Assembly: GCF_964194025.1 (NCBI RefSeq) | Contig: NC_134479.1 | Coordinates: forward strand, 49,166,001-49,230,000 | Reading direction: 5' to 3' | Origin: Convolutriloba macropyga | Lineage: Eukaryota | DNA length: 64,000 bases | Shown here: positions 1 through 11,869 of the stretch, one piece after another | Layout: each line of letters opens with the position of its first letter | How positions within the stretch are numbered: position 1 is the stretch's first letter | Translations under genes and position numbers: made by a program | Notes under the pieces: model-generated | Seen by the model: only the letters and a program-made list of their open reading frames with translations | The model's database searches: none | What the model was told of the DNA's origin: nothing

Positions 1-2042
1 AACCTTTAGTGCTAACCTGTTTTTGCCAAACTTTAAACTAAAAATATGGCAAAAACAGACACGAACGCCAACAAACTAAGCTCAATTATATAACAATTTT
101 TGATGACAACAACATTAAAGACGCCTCAGTGAATAATGAAGCAAACAGGGAAAAATTCCTGAAGATCTGATGTAAACAATTTCACGCTTGGAGACTTTTG
201 TTCACGAAACAGAACCAATTTCAAGCCCAATTCATGGATTGTTAACACAACTTTAGGCAAAGGAAAATTCGCGCAAGCAGTTGACCACATATAAGGCTAA
301 TTTAGTTCGATTACGGCGGAAAAACGGTCATAAAAAGGTTGTCCAACCCAAGATTTATTGCAGAAGTATAAATAATTTACTATACACTGCTTATCAAAAC
401 ACGTTTTGTTTCATTTGGCTGTGAATCGTACAAACAAGATTTTTCGAATTTTAAAGAAATTTGGAAAATGAAAGAAAGAAGAAGACGACAGAAACATTGA
501 AGTCTGGAATTATGACTAAGAGCTACGAAAAATATTGTCTTTGGATCGCAAACTTTTCTCAACTATTTTGAACTTCATATAATAATCGGAACAAAAAGGG
601 AAAGAAAATTATGGACATGAAATTGAGAAGTATCTTAGATTAGAAATCTTACTCTAATCTGCAATCAGGGAAAATCAATTAGTTTTAAAAACTAAATTAA
701 TTTTCAAGTATTTAGTAAATATAAAATTGTTTCCTGGTGTTACAAATACAAGCGTCATGGATTATATATACAGTTTTTTCTAAACAAAATGCAGCACCAG
801 AGATGACACTATTAGATCGTCTGGTCCTTTTTCAAGTGCCTCTTTCCATTTTCATAAAGTTTCTATAAATTCTTAGATAAATTTTCTTTTTTATTGGTAC
901 AGACGTAATTACTAAGTGATATCATGGTCTAACTTAACTGATACTGAACATCAAGACTCCACCAAGATATTCTGCTTAAATTGGTTTAGGCTGAAAATCG
1001 AAAATTTTCCAGACAACAACAGTACCAAATTGACAAAAACACAGAAGCGAAATGAACATAATCAACCAGGGCATAGATCCTTCGTGACTGATAGCAAAAT
1101 GTGACCAATTTATGGGTCTTCGCGTTAATTTGAAAGACAGTTTCAATTCACGGAGATAGCGATTTAATCCATGGGTTTGACGTGCAAATATTTCGTCTTT
1201 TGAGCTTTCTGAATGTTGTTATCAAATTTAGCTTGTAAATTTAGACAAACTGGCGCAAGCGTATGATCTCTCCAGTATCAAGTCTTCTAAGTCGAGCTTA
1301 TGGCTTCTATGCCGAGCCTATGGCTTCATAAAAAAAGGCATGGCTTACATGTTTGTTTTAAGAGAAAAGTTATATTTCAGAAAAAAACATTTTTCAAACA
1401 TTGAATCTGCAGCTTACCAAAATCTCCATATTGCAAATCACCCATCGCTTAAGCACTGGTAGCAATTTTCAGCATTAAGGAATTGTATTAGACAAAAACA
1501 TATATCCAAAAATTGGCACCTTGCCCACAAAAAAGAATTTGCTTTTTAATCAACATCAATATGACGTCAATTCCCGTAATAACAAAAATTTTTATTGAGC
1601 ACTCGAACTAATAGCTGGCAGATTGTCAAAAAAAGAGTGAGGTGGGTCACGTGTGACCAAAAAATTTAATCACGCGAATGAACAAACAACTCTCCCTCTA
1701 CTTAGAGTGAAAAATGACGTCACGCACGCAATTCAGTTACAACTGCATGGACGAAAAAAGCCGATTTGAAGTGATATGATCGCAAAAAATCTCGACGACG
1801 AAAATAACCAAAAGAAGGCCATCGCTTTGCCGCTGTTAAAAAACAAACAAACTTGAAAACAAGATCAAGACTGGGCAAAAAATAGTCAAAAAACATTAAC
1901 TGATTCCTGCTTATATTTCACTTAACAAATGAGCTGTAGTGAAAATGAACATCGACTCAAATATGCCTGAATAACAGAGAACGTTGTAAAACAAGTAATT
2001 CTTCACAAAAAAAAGCAAATTCAAAACTTGCGCACTGCAGCC

Positions 2043-4040
2043 GTGAAAACTCGAGATATACAATTGCGAGCCACAATCTATTTGCTAGACCAAAACAAAA
2101 CTGAGACTGTGATCGATCTATTTGAAAATAATCTGAATTAATATAAATTTCATGTCCTCAACACAAAACCCAATCTTGCAGTATTTAGAAGACAACATAT
2201 CAATTGAACTCCCGTATTCACACCGCTTAAGAAAAAATAAATCAAAATAAAAATGTTCTAAAACGGACTGGACCAGGTTGGGAACCAAGTTCACCTGAAA
2301 AATATTTTAAAAATGCAGAGTCATAAACTGTAAAGTTCTAATAAATCGTGCTGTTTAAGACTCGTAATCATTAGTAGGTTTAGAATAGAGGTAGAATAAA
2401 AATTAAAAAGTCGGGCAAAAAAAATGCAAAAGTTGATGATATAATGGCACAAATCTAAATTGCTCTCAATATATTGGACTCCAGCCAAGCTACAAAGTGA
2501 CTTGTAAACAAATTACAGTATAAACAATAAATTAACCCATTTCAGTTTCGAAAACACAGGAAATCAGGAAACTTGCCCAAATTAGGTAAAATTTCTGAAG
2601 CAGTAAAAACTCGAGACAGACTCAACATTGTACACTTGATTGAAGACAATAGCAGGATTCTAAAAGATAGTAGCCACTATCTATATTCTACACCGAAACT
2701 ATGTCAAATAATAAACGTTTACACATGGTTTTTTCTCAAACAGCACTGTTGAGACATTTCTGCAGTTACTATGTTTTACATTTCACGTACTCTCGCGTAA
2801 GCGACAAGGAAAAAAATCACTACAGGTCTCCTCTATCGTAAATATTGTAATAACACTTTTTCATTGTAGACTTATAATTTTAAATAATTGAAAACAGTAA
2901 TAAGTTGATCAAAATTTGTTCATTTTGGGTGAGCAAACAGAAGGAGGCTGCAGTTTGAGAGCTACAATCTAAATGAACCCTGCTGTTGTAATCTAACAAA
3001 AGTCAACATCAGGTTTTCAGTGCTTCAAAGCTCATTGAACAGCGCACTGCTTCAAACAATCGAGAATTAAGCATCAATACAAGTTCTTCATCTGCAACGC
3101 TTCAAAAACAGCGCTTTGAAAGAGTGAAAACTCGAGACAGACGCAACATTGAACCTTTATTTGATAACAACTGCAGGATTCTACAAGAAGATAGCTCTCT
3201 AATTGCAGCCACTATCTATTTGCCATAACAAAAAGAAGCCCAAACTCTGAGCCACCTATTGCACTATTTTGGATTAATTTAAGTTTTAAACCTGAACTCA
3301 AACACGCGTATTTACAATAAGTATGATAGATTACTCTATTTGAAACTAATCTGAATTAATGTAAATTTCATGTCCTCAACACAAAACCAATCTTTCAGTT
3401 GCACTCAACACATCAGTTGCACTCCCGTATTCACACCGCTTAAGAATAAATAACCCAAAATAAAAACGTTCTAAAATGGACTTGTCCAAATTGGGAACCA
3501 AGTTCACCTGAAAAATAACTTACACATGCAGAAGTCATAAACAGAAAAACTCAACTAAATCAAGCTCTTTAAAACTCCTACACATTATTAGGTTTCTAAT
3601 AGAGGTAGAATAACATTAAAAAGCAGGGCAAAGAAAATACAAAGTCGATGATATATTGGCAGAAGTCTAAACCACTCTCCATGTATTAGACTCCAGCCAA
3701 GCTACAAGGTCATTGTATACTTATTATCAACCTGCTGTAAAAACAAAAAAAAATTAACCCATTTCAGTTTCGAAAACAAAGGAAGACCGGAAACTTACTA
3801 GAATTAAGTAAAACTTCTGAAGCAGTAAAAACTTGAGACAGACGCAACCTTGTACCTTTGTTTGATAACAACTGCAGGATTCTACAAGAAGATAGCTCTC
3901 TAATTGCAGCCACTATCTATTTGCCATAACAAAATGAAGCCTAAACTGTGAGCCACCTATTTCAATGTTCTGAATTATTTTAAATTTTAAACCTGAACTC
4001 AAAAACGCGTATTTACAATACGTATGATAGAGGACTCCCG
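2043..4040. repeat. Degenerate locally duplicated repeat block (A-B-A'-B' arrangement, units of several hundred bp)
   Basis: 2117-2680 is repeated at about 3336-3890 (e.g. TCTATTTGAAA.TAATCTGAATTAAT.TAAATTTCATGTCCTCAACACAAAACC; GGGAACCAAGTTCACCTGAAAAATA). 3124-3335 is repeated at 3824-4035. The motif GT(G/A)AAAACT(C/T)GAGA recurs near 2043, 2603, 3124 and 3824. Confidence 0.75.
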
Positions 4041-5298
4041 TTTTCCACTTACAGGTCCGAAAAATAAAAATTCAGCAAAAAATTGCCTTTCTCTGACTTG
4101 AACTGCGTCAAAAAGAAGGAAAAGTCATTATCATATTCATGGCACCGCTTTATTTCCTCCCATACCGATACTACCCTGAGTGCGCCAATGACCTATCCCT
4201 TCTTTTTCATGCCTTGCACGTCAGAGAAGAGCAAGATTTTGCTCACTCTTTGGTTTTGCATGTTTTTGTCCGACCCAATAACTATTAACAGATAAAAATT
4301 GAACACTTATAAATGGTAAAAGTCTCAAAAACCGTCGTTGAAAACCCAAACCCACACTAATACATGCTTAACACTGCATGCTTTTTATGTTCTTTGGGCG
4401 CCACTTTTTGCCTGCTGGCCATTGCTTAAAAAGATTCACAAGGTTCAAACCCAAATAACCCCTCGTTTCTGATGACCCCAAATTATAAGGCCGCTTGAAT
4501 ATGTTGAGAAACATGTTGCTCATTAACTCGGCAGTGAATTAGTATATAGATTTTCAGGTGATAAATATAAACATTGCTTACGCAATTCAAAATCCTACAC
4601 TACACGAGAATTTTAATAAGTCTGGCTTTGGTCCGTATTTTGACGCAATAAATAATGGTTCCAGCTATTCAACTATAAATTATGGAATAAAAATTATAGT
4701 CTACTCGTGCGGTTTTAATTTGAAGGCTCTATTTGTTACATTTCAAACTTATCAAATTAAAGTCGATATATTTCTCAAGAAGCGTCAGCATGCCTTAGAC
4801 ACAGTAGTCAATATTCTCAAATAGGTGTCAAATTATCTTTTAAGCTGCACTAAAACGAAACCAGGATCGGGATTATAATTTATGAAATTTATTATTATTT
4901 TTCATGAGCTAGAACTGAATCTATATCAACTGCAAATTTAAAAACTACAGACGAAAATACAGACCAAGTTGGAAGCTCGCTGTATAAAAACCACAGACAA
5001 AATTCATGGAATAGGAAACTAATGCTGCAGGATTAAATTTGAGTTTTATCGCTAAATTGACCGTCTGTCTTTAAATGATCAAGATATACAAAATGAAGTT
5101 ATTTCATAAATAAGAAGTATCAAAATATTTAAGCCAGAGACAGCGAAGATTTAGGGTTACGATAGAAAACCTACATAAACTTAACTTCTTCGAAAGCTGA
5201 AACTCTCCTGTTTTAAAATGCGCTTAAATATCTGACAGTTTAGAGAACAAAAATAATTAAAAGCATGAAAGAATCAAAGTGAAAGTCGTAATCGTGTA

Positions 5299-5567
5299 CA
5301 CACTAAATAATGTTAAGGTAATTTTGCCTTGACAAAATACGGCAAACTTTTGTTAAGGGATAGTTAAGGCAAACATAACCTGAACTTTAGCTTAATTTGA
5401 GTTCAGGTTTAAAAAATTAACTGAACCATGTTAAGGTAAAGTTACCTCAACTTTCGTATTTGTAACATATCATGCACTAAAAGGCACATTTAACAGGAAA
5501 AAAATATCTTGAGTTTTCAGTTAAGTAAAGGCGTTTTTCAGGTAAATTTACCTTAATTCTTAGTGTG
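5299..5567. mobile_element. MITE with imperfect terminal inverted repeats and TA target-site duplication
   Basis: TA|CACACTAAATAATGTTAAGGTAATTTTGCC ... AGGTAAATTTACCTTAATTCTTAGTGTG|TA; internal repeats of a TTAAGG(T/C)AA motif. Confidence 0.65.
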
Positions 5568-7565
5568 TATATAAAAGTCAAATTTCTGCAGCATTTATAG
5601 CTGCCCACAAACTTTGATTACTTGAACTCCTCCTATTTTCACTATGTTTATTCTGCTCTTACTTGTCTTGCATGCTTAGTCTTTTCTTTCGTAAAGTTTG
5701 CAACTGGTTTTCTTAAAGCAAGAAAAAGCTATTGGTAATCGGGTCAAAATTTCAGTAAAACAGCAGGGCGTTCGTTCTATCTGCATGCTTGAAACATTTC
5801 CCATCTCTGTTTTCATTTTTAACGTGTGCTTTCCTGAAATTAACGATTCATTTTGCAATGGGCGACCGAACAGTGATACACTATTTTACGCCAAAACCAA
5901 CGGTTATCCAGCAAGAATCTTCATAATTTTCAAGATTACTCAAAATTATACCAAAGTCGTGCAACATCTTGCAAGATAACCGTAGGAATTGGTCTAGGGT
6001 ATGCCCTTTCTTGTTACTTTCAGCTCTGCTGCATCATTCCGAAACTTAATTCTGAAATCTTGGAAAAAAGCGATGCAAAAATTTCATAAACAGTAAATAT
6101 CAATTAAATCAAATTAATAAAGGCTTGTTTGTTTATACAAACTGGCATAGGTTTTGATTCATTTACATCAGAGTAATTTTAAAAAAACAAAGTTAGATTT
6201 AGTTTTCAAAGAGCTTCATCCTCAAACAGGCGCAAATTTTAGACATTCTTGAGAAAGATATTACAATTTTATGCAACATATTACAATTTTATTATATAAC
6301 AATTTCATGAAATTCGCGCGAACAGTCATAATTTTGCATTTTTAAAAACGGCTAAAACGACGATACCAGCTTTTTCATGGAAATCTTTCTTTTGACAGTG
6401 TATTGTTGCCTAAAGCTTAATTTCTTTGCATCAGAATTGTTTCGAATCATTGTGTTCACTCATCCATCAACTGCAATATGTATACACTGTCTCAGTCTCT
6501 ACCAACACACACTGAAAACCATAGAACAATTCCAGACATCTCGAATCTTAACTAGACAATAAAAATAGACACTTAAATAGTCTATTTTTAAAAACACGTT
6601 TAAATGCCTCAACATAATACAATCATAAGTTCTTTTCACAGCGCATAATTTGACACTGTGACATGTCTTAAATGGGAGCTAAGAGGCTTCTTTTATCCAT
6701 AAATCAGTTCAATTTTTCCCTAATTGATCAACTTCTTTGATTCTTTGTTCGGCTATTGTTAAACCACTCAAAGTTAAGCAGATAAATCGGAAATGTGGTT
6801 AAATCAGCGCTAGTGTTAAATTCCCAGAAAATGACTAACTGCTGAGGTTATTGTTTGAAATATTTAAATGGTTTTTTCAGAGAGCAGAATCAACACATGC
6901 GCAAACATTAAGATTTTAAATTCATACAAAAGTCAACATGCGCAAATACCCCCACCCCATTTAGCCTAACTTATTTCTCCCAGGTTCTCGGAATGTGATC
7001 AGCCACCAAATGCACAAAACAAGCATTTTCAAAGAAAGCTGAAAGGCTCCCAAAATTTTTCTCATTAAAAGCCAATTCTATCTATTCCTCTATAACGAAG
7101 TCCATTTTTTCGCAAATATTATGCATAAATTTCTCCTTGCTTTATCTGATAACTACATGAGCCTGATCTAATAGTGACTTCTTCTCTCTAATTCAATAGA
7201 TGAGCACGTTTCTTTCCATAAAAGGGTACAAGCACAGGATCTGGCCATCATTCCAAAATTACTCCCCCAGTTGACTGGGGTGGGGGTAAGATATAGGGTA
7301 ATAGGGTGACTTGTGTTGGAATGACAAAAAAGGAAGAAGGAAGGAGAGAAATCTAATTGAGACTCTTCAAAGTGTGCTTAATTTGCTTTGTGTCTCAGAG
7401 AGACTGAATTGCATTTTATTCAATAACCTTACACCAGTTATAACTAAATTTAACTTTGTGTCTCTTCATTCCAATTCAGACTTCGCGATGTTTTGCTTTT
7501 AAGTGACGTCCGCATTGGCTTACACACAACGTACAAATATTATGGATTGAATAATACATATAATG

Positions 7566-7700
7566 TTTTTGATATCGATTTAAAAAATTTCAAGAAATTT
7601 TTTGATATTGATTTTAAAAATTTTTAAGAAATTTTTTGATATTGATTTGAAAAATTTTTAAGAAATTTTTTGATATTGATTTAAAAACTTTAAAATTAAG
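7566..7700. repeat. Minisatellite, about 4 copies of a ~33-34 bp unit
   Basis: TTTTTGATAT(C/T)GATTT.AAAA(A)TTT(C/T)AAGAAA repeated in tandem. Confidence 0.85.
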
Positions 7701-8173
7701 AAACTTGTAGAAACTAATGGAAGGAGATAATAATGGCCGCCTCTTTTTACAGTGCAAATGTAAAAAAGGACCAACAAATCTGCAGAAAACTAAAAAGAAG
7801 TTTTTATGGATTTTGGCAGTTGAAAATAATGTAAGGAAACCAGGAAAGAGACTAGACAAGTCAGGTGGAACGGAAGCGATTAATGATTTCCTTATCAAAA
7901 GATATGCGATGGGTTGCCCTAATCGGACGTCCTCTATAATTCAATATCAATGATATTGTCTGAGGGTTGAGACAGAGAAACCAAATGTATATTGTGCATA
8001 AAAAGCTCGTTCAAAACCAATAGGGGTCAATTTTCACAGTAGTTGCGGCTGTTTACACGCCCCCACCCCACCCTCTCCCTTAGATCTTACCGGGAACAAG
8101 GTGTGGCATAGCCAATCAATCAAATAGTATTTCCTCCTAGAGAAAAATTGTTTTCAAACAATCGATCGAAATC

Positions 8174-8298
8174 GGGTCTTCCCATAGTAGCCTCTCAAGA
8201 AATTATAGCCCCCCATTATGGTATATTTACCAAGATTGGGGCGGCGCTATAGGTTATCTGACCACCACGCTGGAGGGGGGCTATAATGGGAACGACCC
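8174..8298. mobile_element. Small degenerate MITE / inverted-repeat element
   Basis: The right end GGGGGGCTATAATGGGAACGACCC is the reverse complement of the left-end motifs GGGTCTTCCCATAGTAGCC and ATTATAGCCCCCC. Confidence 0.4.
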
Positions 8299-9919
8299 TC
8301 AAATTCCATTTGGATAAACAACCCCAGTAGATTAAGATACTATAACTTTCAAGTGGTAGAGAATTCATAATAAAGTCCGCTTTGCAGATCACTGTTTTGA
8401 CTATCGCCCGTTCGTAACGTGCTTTTGTTTGCTTTTTTACCCCAAAAATTTATGCACACCCCAAAAATGATTATTATCAACTGAAACGAAAAGTTGATGC
8501 TGTTACACACAGATCAATTCAAATTCCACGGACATTTTTAATTGCTCAAAAATTCAAACAATTGGGTCACAGAAAACACACATACCATTCTTTTTTGATA
8601 GTCAAACCCCGATTTGAATAAAATCAGATGACCAGAAGTGACAACTGCCTTTTATAGGCAATTTTATTCAAAACTCGGTTCAATTAGCGCTCAATTTTTC
8701 TACACCTTGTCTGCAAAACAAAGCAAGAAGCTTTTGGTACGTTTTCAAAGACTATCAATACATTTCGTAAATATCTCAAAATCAAATTCAAAACAAAATC
8801 TGTCTTCATTTTATCAAATATTCAGAAACGATAACATTTTCAAGAGCATTTCACAAGTGCACGGAATCTGTCAAAATAAGAGCAGAAAATTTCGTGCGAC
8901 GGATAAAATAATCCCGTCTAATTCAGTGCAATTTTCCCCAAATTTCTTCAAATTGTGAAGCACCTGTTTTGAAGGGTTCTTTTCAAGTGTTTTTTCTTCC
9001 CTAGGAACAACGAAAAAGAATGAATCTTTAAATGAATTCTATGCAATTGTTCCAATAAGTTGTAGACAACAACACTGGATAGAAATATTTCTATAAAGCT
9101 TAGTCGAGCATGTATACATGTTAAAAGACGACCTTCAATTATTTCAGCACTCCCAATAAAAAATTAAGAGTTAGAAAAAAAAAAGAAGGCCTCCAAATAA
9201 TAGTGAAAAAAAATCACAAGGCTGAAAACTATCTATTAATCAGTATGCATGCTCACTGCATACTCAATTTTGAGTAATTGTCTAAAAATCAAGATATAAG
9301 GCAAAAAATAACAGGCCTATTCTGAGAAACATCTAACACGGACTCATTTTTTGAGCAAACGCCATTTTTAAAAAGTTCAGAAAGCAACAGTCTAAAATAA
9401 ACGAGAAGCAACAAAACATCAAAATTCAGCAATTGCGTCTTTACTGAGAAACTAAAAGGAGAACCAAATGATGCGAAAACGATACGAATTTCTTATATTT
9501 CCAGATTAACCCTTAAAGATTCAACATAGATCAAAATTTACATACATAAAAGGCAAAAACTTAAAAAATAGAAATTGTGATTAAGTTTTACTCATTACGT
9601 GGCAAACATGAAAAACTGCTGTTTTTGAGTTAATTTCGCATTTTGTGGACACGACTGAAACTAACTGCCGCCAATTTTACTTTGCGTCAGTTTTGTTAAC
9701 GATGAAAAATGATTACATTACGTTAATAGCGGACATAAGTATTGACTGCGTCACTCATGTATCAAAAGTATTGATTGCATCACTCAAGTAAACCATGTAA
9801 ACGATTTTAACGTTCAGTTAGTCCAAAACCCATTGCTCAAATTCAACCAGTAAATACTTGCGACCCAATTCAGAGACTAAATCGTTCTTGTGAGCAGCGA
9901 TATGCGTAGTTTCACAACT

Positions 9920-10176
9920 TGTCGTGGTCGATAACACGGGTCAAAGAATTCAATAAGTTGAATTTTAAATTAAATTTTGAACTGAAAATATACAAAAATT
10001 AGCTTGTATTTATAGTGGTTATCTATGCGAAAATATACAGAGAAAATTTAGATTAGCTAAAAATATTTTACATGATTGGCATGTGAATAGATCTTAACTC
10101 CGAATCCCGGAGGTGACTTTCTATTTTCATCAACATTTCATGAGAATCATATTGATGTTTCATTGAAACCATCACA
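9920..10176 (-). repeat. 3' LTR of the Gypsy element
   Basis: Plus-strand TGTCGTGGTCG...GAAACCATCACA, a direct repeat of 14064-14320. Confidence 0.97.
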
Positions 10177-11869
10177 TCCTCCCTCCTTTTTTAAGCAAGT
10201 TTGTGGGTATAGGTTCTCCAAATCTGTCAGGTTGTTTTCTGTTCCTGGTTGATGTTCGTGAAGGCTCTGAGGTTTCCGGTTGTTGGTGCTCTGCAGATGA
10301 TGTGGCTGCAGAAGCTTCATCTTGATGTGAAGGTCCCACATCTGTGTTCTGAGGTTGTGGTTCTGATTGAGATATGGTCTCCTCCACTGCTGGTTCAGTT
10401 TTCATATTGTCCTCGTCTAGTCTCGCAATTTGGTTGTCGCTCACTAGAATAGTCCGTGCTGAGTTTTCGGGCTGTATGAAAGATGTGTTCAAGCCCTTCC
10501 TGATGATGAAGGTAGCAGGAACTGTCTTTGTCTTTTCGTTGGCCTTGAATAGAATGGGTTCGCACAAGTCGAAATCTGCTATTGCTGGTAGTCTCACTCT
10601 GCGTCCCAACAGGAGTTCAACTGGAGTTTTGCTCCTCGTCTTTGAAGTGTTGCGATGTGTCATTAGTGCCCTTTGCAGGAATGCTCCAAATGACACATTA
10701 AAGTTGGGACTCCACGCTTGAAGTGCCCGTTTCACTGTCTGAACTGCTCTTTCAGCTAGCCCATTAGCTCTTGGATGATAGACGGGTGATTCTATTTTCT
10801 TAATTCCCAGTGATTCACACCACTGTTTAAGGTCACCACTTACAAATTCAGGACCATTAACAGAAACTAAAGTTTTTGGTATTCCGAATCTTGCAAAGAT
10901 TTGACTAAGATATATTTTAACTGTTTCTGATGTTCTACTTCCCGCGGGGAAGGCTTCTATCCAACCAGAACCCGCGTCAACAATTACTAATATATTGCCT
11001 TGGTCCTTAACATAACCCCAGTCCATGTGGAGCCGTTCCCAAACGTCGGCTTCTGGCCACGTAGAGACTGTTTTTCCCAGGCTAGGCCTGTTCAATTGAC
11101 AATTCTGACATTTACTAACAAAGTGTTGAACGTCTTGGGTAATGCCAGGCCACCAAGCTATCATTCTGACTGATGCCTCAGTTGCATTCTTTCCGGGATG
11201 TGTCTCATGCGCTTTTGCCAAAACCAAGTGTCGTAGTTTGGGTGGAATGAAAGGAACAACACCTCTGAAGATGATTCCATTATGTAAAGTAAGTGCATCT
11301 TTCTGTTGTTCGAATCCTTTTTCCACTTCTGAACATTGTTTCCAATTGCCGCTTTTGATTCGTTTCATTATGTCCTGGAAGAGTCTGTTTGTTCCAAGTT
11401 CAGTTTTGATTTCTGCTTGGGTCACCAAATCACTCTGAGCGAAGTAGATGTTATTGATTGCGAAGCACACTCGATCGTTGTCGGATTCGTCTTCGTCAAA
11501 ATCCATTCTGCTCAAAGCATCTGCATGGGGTATCTGCTCCCCTGGTGTGTACTTCAACTCATAGTCGAAACCCATTAGAGCTATTGCCCATCTTGTGATT
11601 CTCGCTGATGCTGTCTTCGGGATCTCCTCGTCTGGTGCAAAGAGATATTTGAGTGGTTTGTGGTCAGTCTGTAGGGTAAATCGTCTTCCAAGAAGGAATT
11701 GCTTCAATCTTGTGACCACAAAGACAATTGCCAGTGCTTCCCGCTCTATGTTCGAGTAGTTTTGCTCCGCTGGAGTCAATTTTCTCGATACATATATGAC
11801 TGGATGTCCTTCTTGCGAAAGAACCCCGCCAATGGCTTTTTCAGAGGCGTCAGTAGTAACTGTTGCTTC
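10172..11869 (-). CDS. pol: Gypsy pol C-terminal part: RNase H and integrase (frameshifted from the upstream ORF; integrase catalytic Asp replaced by Val)
   Basis: The frame upstream of ORF 10172-11779 reads EATVTTDASEKAIGGVLSQEGHPVIYVSRKL (RNase H). Then NYSNIEREALA, TDHKPL, ADALSR; integrase HHCC (HETH...CQNC) and core HMDW...LVSVNGPEF...NGLAERAV. Confidence 0.9.
   Translation of the reverse strand, partial: EATVTTDASEKAIGGVLSQEGHPVIYVSRKLTPAEQNYSNIEREALAIVFVVTRLKQFLLGRRFTLQTDHKPLKYLFAPDEEIPKTASARITRWAIALMGFDYELKYTPGEQIPHADALSRMDFDEDESDNDRVCFAINNIYFAQSDLVTQAEIKTELGTNRLFQDIMKRIKSGNWKQCSEVEKGFEQQKDALTLHNGIIFRGVVPFIPPKLRHLVLAKAHETHPGKNATEASVRMIAWWPGITQDVQHFVSKCQNCQLNRPSLGKTVSTWPEADVWERLHMDWGYVKDQGNILVIVDAGSGWIEAFPAGSRTSETVKIYLSQIFARFGIPKTLVSVNGPEFVSGDLKQWCESLGIKKIESPVYHPRANGLAERAVQTVKRALQAWSPNFNVSFGAFLQRALMTHRNTSKTRSKTPVELLLGRRVRLPAIADFDLCEPILFKANEKTKTVPATFIIRKGLNTSFIQPENSARTILVSDNQIARLDEDNMKTEPAVEETISQSEPQPQNTDVGPSHQDEASAATSSAEHQQPETSEPSRTSTRNRKQPDRFGEPIPTNLLKKGGRM
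10177..10192 (-). other. Polypurine tract (plus-strand primer) of the Gypsy element
   Basis: Minus strand AAAAAAGGAGGGAGGA directly abutting the 3' LTR. Confidence 0.9.

Noticed and set aside
1-9900. Short ORFs and possible upstream HCN exons
   Set aside because: No pore or C-linker-like peptide with splice sites was found; the ORFs are low-complexity AT-rich noise.
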